NCBI RefSeq assembly: GCF_035285525.1
Contig: NZ_JAYKGW010000232.1
Coordinates: 1 to 12,341 of the forward strand
Origin: Okeania sp.
GTDB taxonomy: Bacteria; Cyanobacteriota; Cyanobacteriia; Cyanobacteriales; Microcoleaceae
Direction: 5' to 3'
DNA length: 12,341 nt
Of this stretch, positions 1 to 5,834 are shown one piece after another; the stretch's first letter is position 1, and every line of letters begins with the position of its first letter. The position numbers and the translations under genes are program-made. A model generated the notes under the pieces. That model made no database searches, was not told the origin of the DNA, and saw only the letters and a list, made by a program, of their open reading frames with translations.

Positions 1-171
1 TCGTAGAAAATACTGTCTGTTTTCACCATTTATTACCTGTTTTTACTGTAATCAACTAATGGCTAAATCCTTATTTTTTTAACATATAAAATTTAAAATA
101 ATCACTAAATTAACTTTTTAAATATACCGTAAATTATGGTTTAATCATAGCACTTATAGCCAATAAATAAA

Positions 172-242
172 AATAGATTTAGAGACATAGTTTTAGCAAA
201 AATTACTTGTGTTGGGTTTCGTTACCTCAACCCAACCTACAA
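172..242 (+). repeat. Copy 1 of a ~70-nt intergenic direct repeat ending in a GTTGGGTT(N10)AACCCAAC hairpin
   Basis: AATAGATTTAGAGA...TGTTGGGTTTCGTTACCTCAACCCAACCTACAA. It matches 313-382 with roughly 85 percent identity (hand alignment: 14/14 at the 5' end, one indel in the 3' 31 nt). The 8-bp stem is 211-218 / 229-236. Confidence 0.75.
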
Positions 243-312
243 ATACTATTAATAATTACATCGGAAAGAAAATTAAGTAAATGACTGCTTTTTGTGACAA
301 TAATCTCGTCAC

Positions 313-382
313 AATAGATTTAGAGAAAAGGTTTTGGAATAAATTATTTTTGTTGGGTTTCGTACCTCAACCCAACCTACAA
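313..382 (+). repeat. Copy 2 of the ~70-nt direct repeat with the GTTGGGTT/AACCCAAC hairpin
   Basis: AATAGATTTAGAGA...TGTTGGGTTTCGTACCTCAACCCAACCTACAA, 141 nt downstream of copy 1. This class of short palindromic dispersed element is common in filamentous cyanobacteria (from memory, not searched). Confidence 0.75.
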
Positions 383-406
383 GAGTAAAATATATCGAAT
401 TATTAT

Positions 407-443
407 CAAAAATTCGTATTGTCTACAGACCAATAGATACAAA
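407..443 (+). repeat. Copy a of a second small hairpin repeat (CAAAAATTCNTATTG...CAATAGA)
   Basis: CAAAAATTCGTATTGTCTACAGACCAATAGATACAAA aligns with 526-564 at roughly 75-80 percent identity. It contains an imperfect TATTG/CAATA inverted repeat. Confidence 0.55.
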
Positions 444-525
444 TCAGAAATAGAAATTTGATATTACTTCTCCAACCAATATTCTCGCCTTCTCAAAAAT
501 TCCCTGACATCTAGAAATTACTAAG

Positions 526-564
526 CAAAAATTCCTATTGCGCTATAGGCAATAGAGGCTCAAA
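526..564 (+). repeat. Copy b of the CAAAAATTCNTATTG...CAATAGA hairpin repeat
   Basis: CAAAAATTCCTATTGCGCTATAGGCAATAGAGGCTCAAA. A 7-bp stem CTATTGC/GCAATAG flanks a 7-nt loop. Confidence 0.55.
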
Positions 565-640
565 CTGTTATGGGTTCTTTCAAAAATTATCTTTTAATTT
601 TAGACCACAAAAGTAAACATTATCTACCGAAAGAAATAAG

Positions 641-1306
641 ATGCTTAAAGCAATTTTGTTTGACCTCGATGGCACTATTGTAAATACAGACCCTTTCCAT
701 TACCGGATATGGAAAGAAATTTTAAGTAATTACGGAATAGAAATTAATGAGAAGTCTTATAAAGAAAAAATTAGTGGTGGAACTAATCCGATAATTATCA
801 AAAAATTACTACCACATCTATCAAATACAGAAGTGGAAGAGTTAGCGGATTCTAAGGAAGCTAAATTTCGAGAAATTGCTACAAATATAGAACCATTAGC
901 AGGATTATTAGATTTTATTGAATGGATTGAAAACCAAAAACTCCAGAAAGCAGTTGTTACTAATGCGCCTCCAGAAAATGCTGAGTTTATGTTAAGAGTT
1001 TTGCAGTTAAAAGATACTTTTCCATTGGTAATATTAGGTAGTGAAATGCTTGTGGGAAAACCAGACCCTGCACCTTATAAATTATGTTTAGAAAAGTTAG
1101 AAATTTCCCCAGAAGAAGCAATTGTTTTTGAAGATTCTCCTTCAGGGATTAAGTCGGCAGTAGGAGCTGGTATTTATACAGTAGGAGTTACTTCTACCCA
1201 TGAACCTGAATCTTTATTAAAGTTAGGAGCGAGTATTGTTATTAATGATTTTACTGATGAAAAATTACAGCAACTTTTAGATAGTTGGGAGATTTTTAGG
1301 GAATAG
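641..1306 (+). CDS. HAD-superfamily hydrolase, subfamily IA (beta-phosphoglucomutase-like phosphatase)
   Basis: 221-aa ORF from the track. All four HAD motifs are visible: I FDLDGT (D8-x-D10), II VVTNA, III GKPDP, IV FEDSPSG. The cap region between motifs I and II is typical of subfamily IA. Confidence 0.9.
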   Translation: MLKAILFDLDGTIVNTDPFHYRIWKEILSNYGIEINEKSYKEKISGGTNPIIIKKLLPHLSNTEVEELADSKEAKFREIATNIEPLAGLLDFIEWIENQKLQKAVVTNAPPENAEFMLRVLQLKDTFPLVILGSEMLVGKPDPAPYKLCLEKLEISPEEAIVFEDSPSGIKSAVGAGIYTVGVTSTHEPESLLKLGASIVINDFTDEKLQQLLDSWEIFRE

Positions 1307-1402
1307 AAAAAAAGGAGATTATCAAAGGGTTTCATAATTTAGAAATGTCTTAAGGGACTTCCAAGTAACAAAATATCCTATTCTGATGAAGATAGGGAGC
1401 TA

Positions 1403-1458
1403 TAGGGACGTTTTCCTGTGCAACATGAAACGCATTTTTGTCGGTGCAATGTTCCTAC
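1403..1458. repeat. Diverged, expanded copy of the TAGGGACGTT...AACGTCCCTA palindromic element
   Basis: TAGGGACGTT (1403-1412) pairs with AATGTTCCTA (1448-1457), with 2 mismatches to a perfect complement. The arm sequence is the same as in the 1491-1520 palindrome. Confidence 0.5.
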
Positions 1459-1490
1459 AGGGCTTATATTATGTCTGGTTGAATAACAGT

Positions 1491-1520
1491 TGTAGGGACG
1501 TTGCATGCAACGTCCCTACA
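1491..1520. repeat. Perfect 30-bp palindrome TGTAGGGACGTTGCATGCAACGTCCCTACA
   Basis: Verified base by base to equal its own reverse complement. It belongs to the same family as 1403-1458 and 5647-5684. Confidence 0.95.
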
Positions 1521-1536
1521 GGAGTCAGGAGAGAAT

Positions 1537-1655
1537 AAGTAATAAGTAAGAAGTGATAAGTAAGAAGTAATAAGTGATAAGTAATAAGTAAGAAGTAATA
1601 AGTAAGAAGTAATAAGTAAGAAGTAATCAGTGATAAGTAAGAAGTAAGAAGTAAG
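1537..1655 (+). repeat. STRR-type heptanucleotide tandem repeat, 17 units of AAGT(A/G)A(T/G)
   Basis: The units AAGTAAT/AAGTAAG/AAGTGAT parse contiguously 17 times, with one variant CAGTGAT. Short tandemly repeated heptamers are a known cyanobacterial feature. They also generate the spurious 71-aa ORF at 1464-1679. Confidence 0.95.
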
Positions 1656-1803
1656 AAAAGGAGAAAGTTTTTTTATCACTAATTATCCGGACATAATATT
1701 ATATGGGAACCAGTTAATGATAAAATAGAATATTGAGATAATTTATATTCTGCTATTTCTTAACCTTTGCTTCGACTGCTATATATAGAAATACTGCCAT
1801 TTT

Positions 1804-1847
1804 AATAATTAGGGTTTGGTGATGAAATTCAGCAAACCCTAATTATT
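1804..1847. terminator. Perfect 15-bp stem / 14-nt loop hairpin between convergent genes; possible terminator
   Basis: AATAATTAGGGTTTG (1804-1818) is exactly complementary to CAAACCCTAATTATT (1833-1847). It lies 38 nt beyond the stop of the minus-strand gene, downstream of the HAD gene. It is followed on the plus strand by U-rich AATTATT repeats, but no clean U-run exists on either strand. Confidence 0.35.
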
Positions 1848-1875
1848 AATTATTAATTATTAATTATTAATTATT
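1841..1875 (+). repeat. Tandem heptamer AATTATT x5
   Basis: Five exact contiguous copies. The first copy overlaps the right arm of the 1804-1847 hairpin. Confidence 0.95.
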
Positions 1876-1884
1876 TACTCGCAT

Positions 1885-3552
1885 TTATACATTCGGAAAT
1901 AATAACCGGAAACTTTTTGATTTAGATTCAGGATTAAATATACAATTTTGAGTTTCTGGTTGAAATGGTGCTGCAAAATTGACTAGCCATAAATTTAATG
2001 GTTTGGGTAATTGAGCTAATGTTTGACTGAGTGTATTAACTGGAATATTTCCATCTCCTGATTTATTAGCTAGTAAAAACATTGGATAATTTTCAATAGG
2101 AATTAATTTTTTTAATTCCCAAGCAATACTCATCATTTCTCCAGTTTGTTCGTGAGTTTTTTCGACTGTTGCTATTAATGTTGGTATTTCTGATGTTAAA
2201 GTTTTGGCAATTGTAGAAGCGACTAAATCGGAACGGTCTGGTGTTTGATATGCTAGATTATTCACAACTATAAAACTACTAATTAATCCGAAAATTAGAA
2301 TAAAAATAACTGCTGGTTTTTGCCAATTATTTCGGTTTTGCCAAGCTCCGGCAAAAGGAACAGAAGTTAAATAATTATGGCTGGAAAATGAATAAATTGA
2401 TAACGAGCAACCAGGGTTAAGTCTATACTAAAAACATAAGTAATCAATAAAATAATTCCGCTTGTACTAATAACTAATCCTGTTAATATTTGCCATGATA
2501 ATTTCCATTGTTTGGGAAAATAACGATAATTTTTAATCAGTAACCAGACTGTTAAACCAGTTATGAACAACATTATTAAAACTGAAATAATAATGATGAA
2601 TAAAGGTTGGTTTTCTACTGGTAACATTACTATCATTGCTATCCACCAAACAATCATCCGAGCAATAGGTTCAATAAATTGTTCAATTGGATTTCCATGA
2701 GAAGTCCAGTCAACTAAACCACTATTTGAGTTAACAGCACCAATAAATATTGGTATCCAAATAATTCCGTTTATTGCTGTTCCTAAAGCTACTAAATAGA
2801 TATTTTTCCAAATTTTTAATGATGGTAATTTAGGATAGTTTTGTTTCCAGTCTTGTATCCAAAACCAGAAAATAACTAATGCTTCAGCACATAAAGTTAA
2901 AGCCGAGAAAAAATGAACTGCTATTCCTAGACTATTAATAATAACCCAACTAAATAGCATCCAAAAAGGAAGGAGAATTTTTTGTTTAACTTTGGCGATC
3001 GCTACCATAAAAAAACCTAAAGAAGCAATAATTAAAAGAATAGCTAAAGTGTAATGTCGTGCTTCTTGAGCAAGATAAACACCAAAAGGAGAAACTGCCA
3101 TTAATACTGCGGAAATTTGCCCTACTAAAGGAGAACGAAATGTTAGTAAACTGAGGAGAAATATTGCCGGAACTGAAAATGCTCCAAATATAGCACTTAG
3201 CGATCGCGCTCCCCATAAAGATACTAAGTCACCATGACTGCTAAACATTTTTACCCACAGATTAGTTAGCATAAAATAGACTGGGGGATGATTGCTTTCA
3301 TTGAGTAGGTTATGAGCAACTGATGTTATTCGTAATTTTGAGTCTATTTGTAGGGGAGAAAGTAAGATGTCTAAGGATATTAGTTTGTCTAGAGGAATGG
3401 TTTGAAAACTTTTTCCTAAGCTAAAAACTAGGGTCGAAAATTCATCACTCCAAATTGGTTTAGCAGTTAAATTTGTTAGTCTTAAAGTTAGGGCGATTAT
3501 GAACCAAATTAGTAGTAAAATTAAATTAAATATAAAAATGTTTTTTTTACAT
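1885..3552 (-). pseudogene. GT-C fold membrane glycosyltransferase (GT39 / ArnT / PMT-like), disrupted by two 1-nt indels
   Basis: Track ORFs 2367-3272 and 1885-2265 are fragments of one gene.
- The frame of 2367-3272 stays open upstream to 3606 and encodes a typical N-terminus: KKNIFIFNLILLLIWFIIALTLRLTNLTAKPIWSDEFSTLVFSLGKSF...NESNHPPVYFMLTNLW. That stretch has no ATG/GTG/TTG.
- The only ATG (3552-3550) is 1 nt out of frame and is followed at once by TAA.
- The frame of 1885-2265 is open upstream to about 2430. It overlaps the end of the first fragment, so a single missing base near 2369-2371 joins ...FIHFPAIII to LTSVPFAGAWQNRNNWQKPAVIFILIF...NNLAYQTPDR.
- There are more than 10 hydrophobic segments, plus a DE motif in the first loop. 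Confidence 0.6.
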
Positions 3553-3576
3553 TTATGTAGGATAAATTCATTAGTA

Positions 3577-3585
3577 TGATATAAT
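3577..3585 (+). promoter_or_regulatory. Extended -10 promoter element TGaTATAAT for the antitoxin/PIN operon
   Basis: Exact TGnTATAAT, 70 nt upstream of the ATG at 3655, in the divergent spacer between the glycosyltransferase relic and the antitoxin. There is no convincing -35 element. Sequence pattern only. Confidence 0.35.
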
Positions 3586-3654
3586 TTAAGGGGTAAAATT
3601 TCAGCTTAAATCAATAATAATACATTTTTATCATTAAATTTAACTCTCAATGCA

Positions 3655-3879
3655 ATGAATATAGAACAAGCTTTACTCAAAAATCTCAGAGAACTACCAC
3701 CCGAAAAACAACAACAAATCCTAGATTTTAGTGAATTTATTAAACAAAAAAATCTAGTCAAACCTGAACTAAGAATGCCAAAACAACGAGCAGAGGCTTG
3801 GAAAAATTGGGCAGAAAATCACCCCAAAAATAGTCCTGGATTGTCAAATCATGCCTTAAGAAGAGAAACAATTTATTAA
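3655..3879 (+). CDS. DUF2281-like type II antitoxin
   Basis: 74 aa. The N-terminal LRELPPEKQQQILDFSEFIKQK motif is what I recognise from DUF2281-type partners of PIN toxins in cyanobacteria. Its stop TAA (3877-3879) abuts and overlaps the PIN reading frame. Confidence 0.7.
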   Translation: MNIEQALLKNLRELPPEKQQQILDFSEFIKQKNLVKPELRMPKQRAEAWKNWAENHPKNSPGLSNHALRRETIY

Positions 3880-4337
3880 TAATAACCAGCTATTTATTAG
3901 ATGCTAATGTTATTCTCAGGGCGAGCGATCCAGCTTCTTCCAATTATCAATTAGTTGTTGATTCTGTATTTTTATTACTCAATAAAAACCATGAATGCTT
4001 CTTAACTCCCCAAGTTCTGATAGAACTTTGGGTAGTAGCTACTCGTCCTTTAGAAGTCAATGGTTTAGGCTGGACTCCTGAAAAAACCAGACAAGAAATC
4101 AATATATTAACTTCTCAATTTGTTTTATTATCAGATAGTCCAGGAATTTTTACCTATTGGTTAGATTTAGTAACTACTCACAATATCAAAGGAAAACGAA
4201 CCCACGATATCAGATTATTAGCAGTAATGAAAGATGCTGGAATAGAGTATTTACTGACTTTTAACCCAGAAGATTTTGTGACTATTTCAGAGGTAAAAAT
4301 TGTTACGCCACAAGAGATAATTAGTGGCTTTTACTAA
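3879..4337 (+). CDS. PIN-domain (VapC-like) ribonuclease toxin; non-canonical ATA start or start-codon-inactivated
   Basis: My own translation of the open frame 3834-4337 (stop TAA 4335-4337) reads (I)ITSYLLDANVILRASDP...TPQVLIELWVVATRPLEVNG...KRTHDIRLLAVMKDAGIEYLLTFNPEDFV.... The four PIN acidic positions are present (LLDAN, IELW, HDIRLLA, NPEDF). It is absent from the ORF track because no ATG/GTG/TTG precedes the LDAN motif. ATA 3879-3881 shares its A with the antitoxin stop. Confidence 0.7.
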   Translation: MITSYLLDANVILRASDPASSNYQLVVDSVFLLLNKNHECFLTPQVLIELWVVATRPLEVNGLGWTPEKTRQEINILTSQFVLLSDSPGIFTYWLDLVTTHNIKGKRTHDIRLLAVMKDAGIEYLLTFNPEDFVTISEVKIVTPQEIISGFY

Positions 4338-4426
4338 CAAGAAATAAGATTGGCACAACTTATCTCTAACCTAGTGACTTATAGAATTTTTTTGATGTTT
4401 AATTCCAGTAAATTAACCTAATAATT

Positions 4427-4783
4427 TTAACTAACAGCAAAACCTGTTTCTTCTCGAATTTGAGGATCGTAAAATGCTAAAACAATTTTATCTTTAGTAA
4501 TACCAGCATCTAAGAAATCTCTGGCAATACCTTCTTCTGTTCCATCTCGTTGAATCCAAATTTTATCATCTAAAATATCTACATGAATTAAACAACCATG
4601 AACTCTTTTTGTTCCTGAATATTGAGAGTTTATTTTTTCTCTACCCACAATCATTAATAAATAACGATTCTGTTTAGTATCAAAAACTGTTTCAAATTTA
4701 ATATTTTCATCGGCATAAGGAATTTCTGTATAAGATAGAATAACTTTTTGGATAAGATTGCTGTATTCATTTATGGTATCCAT
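4427..4783 (-). CDS. xisI: XisI (fdxN-element excision controlling factor family)
   Basis: 118 aa. It shows the family pattern ...FDTKQNRYLLMIVG...VHGCLIHVDILDDKIWIQRDGTEEGIARDFLDAGITKDKIVLAF..P..R..TGFAV. Its start overlaps the xisH 3' end by 13 nt. Confidence 0.85.
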   Translation of the reverse strand: MDTINEYSNLIQKVILSYTEIPYADENIKFETVFDTKQNRYLLMIVGREKINSQYSGTKRVHGCLIHVDILDDKIWIQRDGTEEGIARDFLDAGITKDKIVLAFYDPQIREETGFAVS

Positions 4784-5187
4784 TCAATAATTTCCTCTAA
4801 ATTAATATCAAAAATTAATAACAATAATTGATAATCTTCTATAATTATTTTACCTAAAGATTCTTCAAAAATATCGGTATAAATAAAATTAGGGATTGCT
4901 AAATAGAGCTTTCTATCTGGTTCTGTTCTTCGGATAACAGAACGATATAACAAATATTGTCCTAATGCGTTTTCTAAAGCACTGACTTCGGATATAGAAG
5001 CAAAAGTTTTAATTTCTATAGCTATTTTGTGTTGATTTTTTTGTGCTATTAATAATTTCTCTGCTCCTAAATCTACATACATATCTTTGGTTCCCCACTT
5101 TAGCCGAAGAGGATTGTGAGTTATTGTCCAACCATCTTTTATCAAGGCATTTTTACAATTATCGTGATATCTATCTTTTGTTGGCAT
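4771..5187 (-). CDS. xisH: XisH (restriction-endonuclease-fold, PD-(D/E)xK protein)
   Basis: 138 aa. The N-terminus MPTKDRYHDNCKNALIKDGWTITHNPL is characteristic of XisH. Nuclease-like motifs are visible: D in YVDLGAE, E-x-K in IAIEIK, and a RecB-type Q-x-x-x-Y in LGQYLLY. Confidence 0.85.
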   Translation of the reverse strand: MPTKDRYHDNCKNALIKDGWTITHNPLRLKWGTKDMYVDLGAEKLLIAQKNQHKIAIEIKTFASISEVSALENALGQYLLYRSVIRRTEPDRKLYLAIPNFIYTDIFEESLGKIIIEDYQLLLLIFDINLEEIIEWIP

Positions 5188-5646
5188 TATTTTTGATTTT
5201 TAGTCTTTTGTTTCCTACTTTTTTAGCTTTGCTCCTGTTCCTATATGAGAAATTAGTATTCCAAATAATCTTTATCCAAAGCTGCTAAAAAATCATCTAC
5301 TTTTCAAAACTGAACTTTTCCTTTCTGATAATCCTTTCTAACTTCAAACTTTTCTTCTCCTAATTTTTTTATTCGCTCTTAATGCAAACGCTTTTTCACA
5401 ATATAAAGCAGAATTTATTCCTCTTCCAAAGAAAATTTTTCTACTATTTCTATTACTTCTTGGAAATTATAACTTTGATAATTATTACTCAGAAATTAAA
5501 CCTAATATTTCTTATATTTTATAGCCATTGTAGATTGATTGTCAATAGATCAATATTTTCATTGTCTATTGTATATCTCCAATAATAAAAAATAAAATTA
5601 ATTATAGCAGGTAAATCATCAATTCTTTCCTCCTAATTCCTGCTCT

Positions 5647-5684
5647 GTAGGGATGTTGCATAACAAAAATGCTAACGTCCCTAC
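5647..5684 (+). repeat. Imperfect hairpin copy of the GTAGGGAYGTTGCAT palindromic family
   Basis: GTAGGGATGTTGCAT (5647-5661) pairs with ATGCTAACGTCCCTAC (5669-5684): 15 pairs, one bulge (T5673) and one T-G position (5654/5677). That position pairs as U-G only in plus-strand RNA. A T6 run lies at 5692-5697. Confidence 0.6.
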
Positions 5685-5786
5685 CTCCTTATTTTTTCAA
5701 GATGTCTATTGTTAACATTTCAAATTTAAGACTTCTCAAAATCATAAATTTTTATAAATATGACTTACACAGAGCTACTGTTGGTG

Positions 5787-5792
5787 TATAAT
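5787..5792 (+). promoter_or_regulatory. Candidate -10 hexamer TATAAT upstream of the metalloprotease gene
   Basis: Exact TATAAT 119 nt upstream of the ATG at 5911. TTACAC at 5765-5770 gives 16-nt spacing as a weak -35. Pattern only, in AT-rich DNA where such hexamers arise by chance. Confidence 0.2.
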
Positions 5793-5815
5793 TTAATATC
5801 TTGTTAATTTGTGAT

Positions 5816-5834
5816 AGATAAATTTGATTTATCT
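5816..5834. promoter_or_regulatory. Operator-like inverted repeat AGATAAAT-ttg-ATTTATCT
   Basis: A perfect 8-bp inverted repeat with a 3-nt spacer, 24 nt downstream of the candidate -10. The flanking TGATA motifs (5812-5816, 5836-5840) are direct repeats and do not extend the symmetry. Confidence 0.2.

Larger units (their letters stand above)
1464..1701. mobile_element. MITE-like composite element: terminal inverted repeats enclosing a 30-bp palindrome and a heptamer tandem array
   Basis: Left end TTATATTATGTCTGG (1464-1478) is the reverse complement of the right end CCGGACATAATATTA (1687-1701). The 13-bp core has 1 mismatch, and 13 of 15 positions match overall. There is no coding capacity and I could not identify a target-site duplication. 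Confidence 0.35.

Noticed and set aside
1-29. Possible 5' end of a leftward gene (minus strand ATG at 29-27: MVKTDSIFY...)
   Set aside because: Only nine codons lie inside the window. That is too short to separate from chance, so it is not reported as a feature.
292-314. TTGTGAC-N9-GTCACAA as a CRP/NtcA-family binding site
   Set aside because: The half-sites resemble TGTGA/TCACA. However, the spacing (TGTGA-N11-TCACA) does not fit CRP-type (N6) sites, and the GTA-N8-TAC core of NtcA sites is absent. It is kept only as a small hairpin within the repeat-rich leader.
281-388. 35-aa ORF MTAFCDNNLVTIDLEKRFWNKLFLLGFVPQPNLQE
   Set aside because: It reads straight through repeat copy 2. The ...LLGFVPQPNLQ tail is just the translation of the GTTGGGTT/AACCCAAC element. 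There is no independent coding evidence.
1537-1655. Heptamer array as a possible CRISPR
   Set aside because: The units are contiguous 7-mers with no spacers. This is an STRR-type microsatellite, not a repeat-spacer array.
1464-1679. Track ORF of 71 aa on the minus strand (MIKKLSPFLTSYFLLITDYFLLITSYLL...)
   Set aside because: It is simply the heptamer tandem array and the 30-bp palindrome read in one frame, and its periodic L/T/S/Y composition mirrors the 7-nt repeat. It is a repeat artefact, not a gene.
2367-2375. Programmed -1 ribosomal frameshift joining the two glycosyltransferase fragments
   Set aside because: The junction (T AAT TAT TTA A) is not an X XXY YYZ slippery heptamer, and I see no downstream pseudoknot or hairpin. 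The same gene also has a destroyed start. Mutation or sequencing error is the simpler explanation.
2986-3216. Track ORF of 76 aa on the minus strand inside the glycosyltransferase fragment
   Set aside because: It is an alternative frame fully embedded in a much longer ORF that has clear membrane-protein features. It has no motif support.
5253-5528. Possible relic of a small antitoxin-like gene on the minus strand upstream of xisH: MAIKYKKY*V*FLSNNYQSYNFQEVIEIVEKFSLEEE*ILLYIVKKRLH*ERIKKLGEEKFEVRKDYQKGKVQF*KVDDFLAALDKDYLEY*
   Set aside because: All pieces lie in one frame, and the LSLEEE-ILL..KKRL-ER pattern vaguely recalls small cyanobacterial helical proteins. However, five stops in 92 codons is about what random DNA of this AT content gives. 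The purine-rich strand yields K/E-rich peptides in any frame, and the longest open stretch is only 26 codons. This cannot be supported without a database hit.
5043-5585. Track ORFs 5043-5288 (+) and 5382-5585 (+)
   Set aside because: The first is antisense to xisH. Both are low-complexity L/F/I/Y-rich translations of a T-rich strand with no recognisable motifs, so they are judged spurious.
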